The position numbers and the translations under genes are program-made. From the IMG/VR virus record IMGVR_UViG_3300043449_000705, positions 1-28,843 of that record: a stretch of 28,843 nucleotides of DNA, one strand, 5' to 3'. The notes below the pieces were generated by a model. The model was given only the letters and a program-made list of their open reading frames with translations. It ran no database searches and was not told where the DNA came from. Shown piece by piece: positions 1 to 9,200 of the stretch. This DNA comes from a virus. Taxonomy: Duplodnaviria > Caudoviricetes. The stretch's first letter is position 1. Every line of letters starts with the position of its first letter.

Positions 1-3000
1 AAGCCCGGGGTGTTGGTGGCGTACCAGGTCCAGCCAATATTGCCGCTTGGACTGTCGCTTGCGCCATAGATGAGGGAACGCGATAGCTTTCCGCCTCCGA
101 CCACAGCCCCGTGCGTGGTGGCGTGCTGAACAACAATGCGGTCGGCGTCGAAGTAGTTCGTGCCACCAATGGAGCCATAACCAGAGTTCGAGCCAACCAG
201 ATGCAAACCTTCTATCTGGCCGTCTCGACTGTAACCAAACCAATCGGATGGCTGAAGTCGGCTCACCACCTCGTAGCGGTAGGTTCCAGAGCCCGGTGCA
301 AGGCTGTCCGAAGGGCGGATTGTGGCCTTCCACTGGTTGCTGCCCAGACTTTGGATAAAGGAAGTCCCAGCGGCAGCGGCAACAGCAGGGGCGCTTGCCA
401 ATTTGCGCATACGCTTGGCCGCGCTGATCGGCGAGCGTCCAGTGGTTGCAGTGTTGATTTCAACGATGTAGACGTTTGAGTAACCGTCATCGAGCAGTGT
501 TTCGGCTCCCGTCCAGGTGTAGCTGTAAGTGCCGTCACCATTGTTCACAAAACTGCCGTTGGGTGCGGGGTCCAGCGCACTGATGATCGGCAGCGCAGTC
601 CCGGCTCGAGACTGTCGAATGTCACGAACGAGGACCCCCTTTCGGTTTCCGCCCGATCCGCCAGAATCATTTGCCCCGCCGGTTTTTCCCTTCTCGCGGA
701 AAACCGAGCCGCGCCAAAGACCCAGCGTTACGTTGTCGGATGCAAAGGTCGGCAGGCCGGTGATGGTCTGCTTGGGTGTGTTGACGTTCGTGCCGTTGTT
801 GGCGTTTGAACCGCTGACACTATCAACCGCATAGGTGATCTGGCGTTCGCGCCAGTTGCGGTCGCCAGCGGGAGAACTCGGAAACGACCACTTCCAGTCC
901 CGCACAGGCAACTGTTTGGGCGGCTCGGGCAGGTTGAACGACTGCAACAGACCGAACGGAACAGTTCCGGCAAAAGGTTGCAGCACGGTGATGCTGCTGC
1001 TACCTGTGTTTGATACGACCAGTGCAGCCAAAATATTGGTCTGGCTTCCGACCACCCACTCGCCTTGCCACAGGCCTGGAGCGGTTTGCGTCCAGGTAGC
1101 AAGGTTGTTACTGGGGGCAAAACCCTGCACCTTTAGTGACAGCCCCGCCACCGTGGGGTCGGGCTGGTAAACGGCAAAGTACCGGCTTGACCCTGGCCCT
1201 GGCACCAAGACGCCACCACCGTTGGGCTGCGCCCACGGACCATACGGCGCACGGCTAGCGGTGTGCGAAGATAAGTCCCACGTTACGCTACCGCCAGCGG
1301 GAATGGTATAGCTGCCATCCGCGTTTCGAGTCGCCCCGCCGCTGTAGTAGATTTGAAATTTACTTGCGAGCGTGGAAAGTTCCTGAATCCAGTTTCGAAT
1401 GGCGTAACGGTTGGTTTCAAGGAACTTCTGACGCAGCACCTGATGGGCTTGGTGATTGTAGGCTGCACTGTTGATGGTGCTTACCAGCGTGGCAACACTG
1501 GCAACGTTTTGGTAAAGCTGGAACCCGCCGTAGGTTGCTGGTAGCGGGACGGAAAAATACTCGCCGATGTCCACGTTGTTGGCGATGACCGCCGTGGCTG
1601 ATGCACCCGTCAAGCCAGAACTGGCAGCAAAGCTGATCGTCGGTGCGCTGGTGTAGCTGTCGCCTGTCGCAGTGATCGTGATGCTGGTCACCGCGCCCCC
1701 AGCCACCACAAAACGTCCTGCTGCACCAGACCCCGCGCCTCCAGAAAAAGCCAGGTCGAAGGTGCCGTTGGTGCCGCCGCTGCCACCGACCAGGCTGGCA
1801 ACGGATGCAACACCCCTGCTTAAGGCTTTGGCAGTCGTGGCGAACACTCCACGACTCAGAAGCGCTGCATCACGGGCGGATTCAGCTGCGACCTTTGCTG
1901 AAGTAGCCAGGCCTGCTTGTGTTGTGGCAACGCCTGCCTGGGTGGTTGCCGTAGTGGCACCCGTTGTGGCTGTCGCGGCTTTGGTTGTGACATCTGCCTG
2001 GATCGCCGACAGGTTGCCAAAAGCCACGGGCGTGGCGATGACGACCTCGATGTTGCTCGTGCCCGAGGGCGGCGCTGCGGTGAACGTCAACGCCGTGCCC
2101 AGCACGCTGTACTCGGACTTCTGCTGGTAGACACCGGCGATGAACACCTGGGTGTTGGTCTTGTCCAACGGGTTCGTGGCCAGTGTGAACACGGTCTGCG
2201 ACCCCGTCCCACTGAAGCTCTCAACAACCACCGAGCCTGCGTTTGACACCGCGTCGTCCCAGACGCCGAACACCCGAATGCGCATGCGGCCCAGGGTCGT
2301 GTTGAAGTACAGGTCGCCGGACTGCAGGGCGCTGCCGTCATTGCGCACGGTGGGGTCGGCGGTCTTGCCGCCCTGGTAGACGTCGGCAAAGTTGTTGATG
2401 TCGGCCACGTTGGCGGCGGCGATGCTGACAGCGTCGTCGATCGCGGCCACGGCGCTCACGTCGGCCGAGATGCCCGCCACCGTGGGGATGCTGCTGGCAA
2501 CGCTGGCGACAGCGGGCACACTCGCAGCAACATCGGCCACAAGGCCAACGTCGGCGATGTTGGTGGCCACCGTGTTGACGTCGGTGATGTTGTTGCCGAC
2601 GGCGTTGACGTTGGCGATGTTAACCGCAACCGTGTTGATTTCGGACACCGGCTCGTTCAGGTCGCTGGCCACCGTATTGACGGCGGCGATGTTGGCGGCC
2701 ACGGTGTCTAGGTTGTCGGCGCTGTCAGCGATGCGGATCAAGTCCGCAGACAGCTGGTCGACCGAGTAGTCGCTGGTCACGGGGACCTGGGCGGCGCGGT
2801 CGACCTCCTCCTTCAACTGCTGGATCTGCATCGTCGCGCGATCCAGCTGGTTTTCGAGCGCGGTCGGGCTGAAGTTGCCACCGCTGGGCAGGTCCAGGGG
2901 CTGGTCGTAGTCAAGGTCACCCACAATCGAGAGCTTGCTGCCCGAAGGCAACGCGGCCCCGCTGATCGGGTAGGTGATCGTGCCGCCGGGGCTGGTGTCC

Positions 3001-3185
3001 TGGTTGCTGTTCAGGGTCACCGAGTAATCGGTGTTGAGCACCAGGGGGGTTTCGACACCCGAGCTGTTGGCGATTGTGACCGCGACGTCGGCCGCAGCGA
3101 ACACTTTGAACGTGAACGGAAAGGCCGTGGTCGAGCCGTTGCCCAGAAGGGGTCCGGCCTTGCGGGCGGTGGAAGGTGTGGTCAT
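1..3185 (-). CDS. Tail fibre/tailspike protein (>1061 aa, 3' end outside window), with a probable C-terminal right-handed beta-helix receptor-binding/depolymerase region
   Basis: Not in the ORF track because there is no stop in the window. ATG at 3185 after SD AGGAG. My translation found no stop down to base 1: MTTPSTARKAGPLLGNGSTTAFPFTFKVF... It has a podovirus fibre N-terminal anchor (..ALENQLDRATMQIQQL), TVAxNIxxV coiled-coil repeats, a GDLYFNT motif, an FSGTGSQTVFTL..VFIAGVYQ module, and TYAVDSVSGSNANNGTNVNTPKQTI, typical of the start of pectin-lyase-like beta-helices. It lies right after the ejection genes. Confidence 0.88.
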   Translation of the reverse strand, partial: MTTPSTARKAGPLLGNGSTTAFPFTFKVFAAADVAVTIANSSGVETPLVLNTDYSVTLNSNQDTSPGGTITYPISGAALPSGSKLSIVGDLDYDQPLDLPSGGNFSPTALENQLDRATMQIQQLKEEVDRAAQVPVTSDYSVDQLSADLIRIADSADNLDTVAANIAAVNTVASDLNEPVSEINTVAVNIANVNAVGNNITDVNTVATNIADVGLVADVAASVPAVASVASSIPTVAGISADVSAVAAIDDAVSIAAANVADINNFADVYQGGKTADPTVRNDGSALQSGDLYFNTTLGRMRIRVFGVWDDAVSNAGSVVVESFSGTGSQTVFTLATNPLDKTNTQVFIAGVYQQKSEYSVLGTALTFTAAPPSGTSNIEVVIATPVAFGNLSAIQADVTTKAATATTGATTATTQAGVATTQAGLATSAKVAAESARDAALLSRGVFATTAKALSRGVASVASLVGGSGGTNGTFDLAFSGGAGSGAAGRFVVAGGAVTSITITATGDSYTSAPTISFAASSGLTGASATAVIANNVDIGEYFSVPLPATYGGFQLYQNVASVATLVSTINSAAYNHQAHQVLRQKFLETNRYAIRNWIQELSTLASKFQIYYSGGATRNADGSYTIPAGGSVTWDLSSHTASRAPYGPWAQPNGGGVLVPGPGSSRYFAVYQPDPTVAGLSLKVQGFAPSNNLATWTQTAPGLWQGEWVVGSQTNILAALVVSNTGSSSITVLQPFAGTVPFGLLQSFNLPEPPKQLPVRDWKWSFPSSPAGDRNWRERQITYAVDSVSGSNANNGTNVNTPKQTITGLPTFASDNVTLGLWRGSVFREKGKTGGANDSGGSGGNRKGVLVRDIRQSRAGTALPIISALDPAPNGSFVNNGDGTYSYTWTGAETLLDDGYSNVYIVEINTATTGRSPISAAKRMRKLASAPAVAAAAGTSFIQSLGSNQWKATIRPSDSLAPGSGTYRYEVVSRLQPSDWFGYSRDGQIEGLHLVGSNSGYGSIGGTNYFDADRIVVQHATTHGAVVGGGKLSRSLIYGASDSPSGNIGWTWYATNTPG

Positions 3186-3212
3186 TGCGCGGGGCTCCTG
3201 CGATTACCGGGG

Positions 3213-3244
3213 ATGGTAGGGGCAGGGTCCCCGCTCACGGACAC
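3213..3244 (-). promoter_or_regulatory. Putative phage late promoter copy 5 (tailspike): GTGTCCGTG-N17-TACCAT
   Basis: One of five copies of the same 9-mer at gene boundaries, each exactly 17 nt from an nAnnnT hexamer. Followed by a short leader with AGGAG. Confidence 0.75.
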
Positions 3245-3245
3245 A

Positions 3246-6200
3246 TCAGCGCTGCTTGCTCTCTGGGCTCGCGGTGCCTGTCACCAGGCCTCGCGCCAGG
3301 TCTGCCGGGCCGGTGGGCTCGATGTTGCCGCCCGCGATGCCCGCCAGGTAACCGATGGGTCGGGCGACGCCATAGATGGGCAGGCCGGTGATCATCGTTG
3401 CAGCCGCTGCCACGTCGCGCACGGCGCGTTGCTTGTTGCCGTCCTCGACGATCGCCTTGTAGACGCTCGAGGGCGCGCTCACCGTGGACTCGATCAGCGA
3501 CACCGCAGGCGACAGGCTGAACTTGTCATCCGCTGGGTTGTCGTTGAAGCGGTTGATCACCAGCTGGCCCGCCTGGCCCACGATCGGGATCTGCGCGGTC
3601 AAGCCCTTGAGCGTGCCCAGGCCGAACACGGCCAGCAACCAGTCGTCCAGCCAGCCGTCTTTGTCCTCGTCCTCGGGGCCGCCACGAAAGACCTGGGCGA
3701 TGGCTTCCGCCACCCAGATCGGGGCCAGCAAGCCCGCGATGGCCACGTACAGCACCTTGCCTGCGCCCTTCTTCAGGCCCACCTCGTCGGCGATCTGCTT
3801 GACCGCAGTGGCGTTGGTGTTGGCCATCATGTTGAAGTAGCTCACGAACTGCGTGAACAGTCGCGCGTAGCCTGGGCCGGATTCAAAGCGGCTAATGTCC
3901 TCGGGCAGGGTGGTGCCCTGGGTCTGGCGGATCACACCGTCGGCAAAGCGCACGGCTTCTTTGTTCTCCAGCCCCTGCTCGATCGCCTGGTTGTAGGCCG
4001 CCGTCCAGATGATCGGGCTCATGGTGTTGTCGACCGCGGCCTGCATGAAATACGCGTGGCGCTGGGTCCAGGCCTGGCCACGCTCGAGCAGCGTCGGGTC
4101 GATCAGGATCTCCTCGATCGCGTCGTTCATCGCCCCGACCTCGTTCAGCATGCGGTCCTTCATGTAGGGCGAGGCCTCGGCCACGGTGGTCTTCATGGCC
4201 TTGGGGTCGGCCATGAACCGGGCGGTGGCGCTCATCATCAGGCCGGGCTTGATCTTGACGCTGGCCAGGGTGAAGCCGGTGATCTGCTGCACGGTGTTCG
4301 ACAGGTTGGCAAACATCAGCGCCATGCCCGCACGCGAGCGCGCAGCCGACAGGAAGCGCGAGATCTTGCGATCCCCGACCACGGGGGTCTCGACCACTTG
4401 GCGCGCCGAGCGGTTGAGCCAGGGGATCAGCATGCCCTCGTAGGCACCGGGGTCGATGCGGTCGAGCGCATAGCTCACGCGCTTATTGGTGAGCAGGCGG
4501 CGCACGTCGGTGACGGCACCTTGCATGTGCGAGAACAGCAGCACCTTGTCCATGTGCTGGCCCAGCGCGCGCAGGTCCAGCAGCAGCGGCTGGTTGTACT
4601 CGACGCGGCCCTTGGTGAACCCGCTCGGCGCGGACGGAAAGGCGTAGGCCATGGACTCGTTTTCACCCTCGGCCAGCTCGCGCAGCTTGGCGTCCTTGAC
4701 CAAGCGGCTGTCGGTCTGGGCGGGCACGTAGCCGCCACGGTAGGTGCCGAACGGTGTCACCACCTCGTTGGCGGTGACCTCGGCAAAGTAGCGGCCCAGC
4801 ACCTTGCGGTGGGTCTCCTGGGCCAGGGGCTTCATCTCCTCGAGCAGGTCCCACACGCCCTGGGCAAAGTCGTAGTGTGCTTTGTTGACCTTGCCCTCGG
4901 CCTGCATGCGCTGGATGAACGCGTCCCACTGGGTCGTGTCCAGGTTGCCCTCGGCGTCTTGCGTTGCCCAGCCGCGACCGAGCAAAAGCTTGCGCTTGTT
5001 GCTGTCGTTGCCGGTGTGCAGGATCGCGTGCAGCAGTTCAGCCGCGCCCGAGTCGCGGGCGTTGCCGAAGGTATAGCCGAGCTCGGGCGCTTCGATCGGG
5101 CCTGCGGGCAGCGATGGCGCGACGTTCTTGACCAGTTCGGCAAACTTCTTGCGGTAGGCCTGCTTGTCGGTGCGGTAGCGGTCGGCGGCGTCCTTGATGG
5201 GCTGGAACACCAGGCGCAGGAACGGTCCGCCGAACTTGCCGTCCAGGCGCTCGGACCATTGCTCGACGCGCGACAGGATCGCCTTGGCAAACTGCAGTTT
5301 GATGCCGCGCTCTTGCTTGTCGGTGATTGCGCCCTTCTCGCCCGGGATCGTGTCGGGAATGCCGATCTCGCCCATGCGCTCGACCAGCTGGTCGGCGGCG
5401 TCCTCGATGTCCAGTAAGTTGCCGTCGACTTCCATCTGGCGCGAGCGCTTGGCCAGCACCCACATGGCGCGCAGCTCGTCGTTCAAACCGCGCAGCTCCT
5501 CCATGGTCATCTCGACCATGGGCTTGGCGTTGAGCATCGCGCCCTGCACGCTGGGCTGCAGCGCGGCATACATGGCGGGGTCGTTCTTGGCGACGGTCTC
5601 CATGTAGGCCAGGGCGGTTTTCTCGAGACGGGGGGCGACGTCGTAGGCGGCCAGGATGGCGCGCATGGCGTTGACCACATCCGGGTCGCGGCCACGCTCG
5701 ACGACCTTTTCGTCGTTGCCCTTGGTCACGCGCTTGAAGAACTCAACGATCTTGCGCACTTCCAGCTGGGCGTCTTGCAGCGCCTTGACGGCGGCGTTGT
5801 TGAGCACCTGGTCACGCTTGGCTTGCACGGCGGCCTGGGTGTCAGCCTTGGCGGTCGCAGCCTGCCAGGCCTTGCCCGCGCGGGCCTCGGCGCTGCGGTG
5901 CTGCCAGGCGGCGCTTTTGAGGTCCTTGATGCGACGGCGCGCGGCCAGGTTCTCGGCGAACTGTTTGGCCGCGGCGGTGATCGCATTGACGGTGATGGCC
6001 CGGCCGTTGCTGGCCGTGCGCCCGGTGTCCTGGCGCGGGTTCAGCATCTCGGCCTGGGACTTCAACTCGGTGGCCAGGCTGCGGGCGCGGGCCTCGTTGT
6101 GCACGGCCTCGTTGGCGGCCGCCTCGCGCGCCTCGGGCGTGGCCAGGTCGCCGTGGCGCTCGAGCATGCGCTGGTCGGTCATGCCCTCGATCACGCTTGC

Positions 6201-9200
6201 GATCGGCTCGGCGTCGAGGATGGCGCGCACCAGCTTGTCGCCCGACTCGAAGCCGAACATGTCGGCCACCATGTCGGGGTGCAGGCCTTCCTTGCCGGTC
6301 ATCCCGCGCAGGCCGGTGAGGTCTGGGCGGGCCAGCATGGTGTCGGGGTACATCTCGGCCAGGGCCGTGGTCTGCAGGCGGTAGCCCTTCTCGGCCTTCA
6401 CGACGTCGCCGGTGGCGGGGTCGGTGGTCTCGCCCTTCTTGAGCCAGTTCATGGCCTTGTAGAGCGGTTGCTGCTCGACCTCGGCCCGCACCTCAGCCTC
6501 GACCTCTTTGCGCAGCGTCTTGGCTTCCTTCTCCAGGGCCTTGAGCACTTTGCCGCGGGCCTTGACGGTCCACTTCAGGTCACGCAGCGAGCGCGCCTGC
6601 AGCTGCTCGATCGCCTCGTTGGTGGCGTCGAAGTCGGGCAGCATGCCCGCGGCCTCTTCGGCCTGGGCGATCTGCTCGTCGGTGGCCACCAGGCGATCGA
6701 ACACCTGGCGCACTTCGTCGTTGACCTTGAGGTCGCGCGCACGCATGAACTGCGTCAGCGACTGGTAGACGTTGACCAGCCAGGAGCGGAACCGACGGAA
6801 CAGCGGCTGCAGCTCGGGGCTGGGGGCCTTGCCCTCGAACAGGTACTGCTCGAAGGACTCGGCCCAGCGCTCGTGGTAGGGGCGCTTCTGGTCCAGGGTG
6901 TAGCCGTTCCAGGTGGCCAGGTCCGGCACGCCAAACCACTTGAGCGTGGCGGCCATGTCGTCCTGGATCTGCTGGGGCGCGTTGGGCTGGCTTGACAGGT
7001 CGGCCAGCACCTCGAGGAAGAAGTGGCCAGACTCGTGCAGGAAGGTGGAGAGGTCGGCGTTCTCGTTGAGCGTCAGCAGCAGCTGGCTGGGGCTGAACGT
7101 GCCACGGGGGCCTTGCTTGTAGATGTTGGGGTCGGCCGGGTTGAAACTGCCGAAGTTTTCGACCGACTTAATCTGTGTCGGGTCGAACGCGACGAACACA
7201 TCAGAGGGCTCGCCCATGTAGGCGCTATTGCCGCCGCCGTCGTCCACCACGCGGCGGATCACCGCGCCGTCGTTGCCGTTGCGGCGCGCCTCACGCACTG
7301 CGTTGTCGGTGGTTTCGTAGCCGTCAGGCGCAGATTCAACTTTGCCACCGTTTTGGCGCGCAAACGTGTTGGCGTCGTCGAAAAGGTCGAAGTACATCGT
7401 GCCGTCGTCGGTCGACAACTGATCCCCGTTTTCGTCCAGCACCACGTACTGGCCAAGGCGCTCGCCGGTCCACATCGCGCCTTCAAAGTCGGTCTCGTAA
7501 GGGTTGCGGATGTTGACGAACAAGGGGTACACGCCGCTGGCGGCGACGCCCGCGTCATTGAATGTCAGCACCTCACCGCGTGACAGATTGGTGCCACGTC
7601 CGCGCTTTACGTAGCTGCGGGCCATCTCGCGGTTGGGTGTCAGAAAGACGCCCAGGTCACCGCGTTGGCTGCCGCTTGGGGTGTTGAACTCGGTGAAGCC
7701 GCCTTTGTCGGTGCCGTGGTAGACCACCAGGGGCTCGCCGTTTTTGTCGACCGCTTTGGAGACTTCGCCGTTGGCGTCGTTCCACACGCCGCCTTGCATG
7801 CCTGCGAAGGCTTCCCAGTCGCCGAACCAGGCCTTGAACTCAGGCGTGCGGACCAGGGCGTAGAGCTCGGGGGTGAGGTTGCTGGGCTGGCCGTTGGGGG
7901 CCAGCAGCGGGCCTTCCTGGTTTAGGACACCGTCTTGGGAGCCGACGCCAGTTCCGCCGTCTTGGCCGCCAAATCGTCGATTTTCTCGGGCATCAGCGCT
8001 TCCAGAAACTGGTTGTACTCCACCTGGTCCAGGTTCTCCTGCTGTGCCGGTTGCGGCTCTGATTGCTGCGTCGAGTTTTGCTTCATCAATGCCATCCTTA
8101 AGAAGAATCTTCTTGGCTGCGCCAGCATAATCCTGACTGGTGACTGCCAATTTTACACCCAATGCGCTCCAAAGTTCCTGTTCTGGATACCAGATTAGAG
8201 CCTGCAAAGCGGCGGGCGGGATTCGCTGCCCGTACTGCTGTTCCACTTTAGCAACAACCTGGCGCACCACATCCCGCAGCAGTTGACGCTCACCGCCCGA
8301 GCCAGGCACATCCCGTGGCTTGTCCATCGACAAAATCATGGTGTCGGCAGCGGCGACCATCTCGCTCTTGGCCCGCTTGCCAGCGTCGTAGTCGGCGCGG
8401 TTGTTTTTGAAGTCGCGCTCGTGTGCGCTCTTCACCTGGCGCGCCAGCTTCATGGCTGCGTCCAGATCGGTCTTGGCCAGCTTGACCAGGTCCTTGTCGA
8501 ACTGGCTGGAGAAGATGCCAGCGGTGGCTTTGCCGCGCACAGTCAGGCCTGCGCGAAAGCGCTCAATCTGCTTGTCGAACTTGGCCTGGTTGAATGCTGG
8601 CAGCGTACCGGACAGCCGCCCGATGGTACGCATGAACCACATGTCCATGGTCACCGGCTCAAAGTTGCCAGTCAGATTGGTGTAAAAGCCGAAGCCGATT
8701 TTCGGCCCAAATATGGAGCTGCCCAGCACCATCTCGTCCATCTTCTCGCCGCCGATCTCGTAGCCCATTTCAGTTAGCTGCTTGACGGTGTAGGGGGTTT
8801 TCAGAAACTCGATGAACGCGGTGTGGCCCATCTTCTCGATGAGCTTGTTGGCCACGGCAAAACTGTTGGCCATAGCCGCCGAGCTTTCTCCCTTGCCAAT
8901 CTCGGGGAACTTGCCTGTCTTCCTGAACTCGGCGTATTGCTCCTGGGCAAACGTCAGGTTGGTCTCGACGTTCATGCCCTGGCTGCCAATCGCGGTGGCC
9001 AGGATCAGTGCGTTGCGCGCGTTGGGGTCGGTGTCTAGTTCGGGGTACTTGACGGCCATCTGCGCAAGCATTGCGTTGATGGTTTTGTCGTACCACTGCA
9101 GCGAGTCGCCTGCGTTCTGGATTGCGGCCAGCGCCTCGGCAGAGATCAAGGTCGCCAGCTTCTCGCGGTCTGCCTCGTTCTTGATGTCGAGCACGGGCAA

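Noticed and set aside
1-3185. Diversity-generating retroelement as in BPP-1
   Set aside because: No reverse transcriptase, Avd or TR/VR repeat pair in the window, and the visible fibre looks beta-helical rather than Mtd lectin-like. The region beyond base 1 cannot be assessed.
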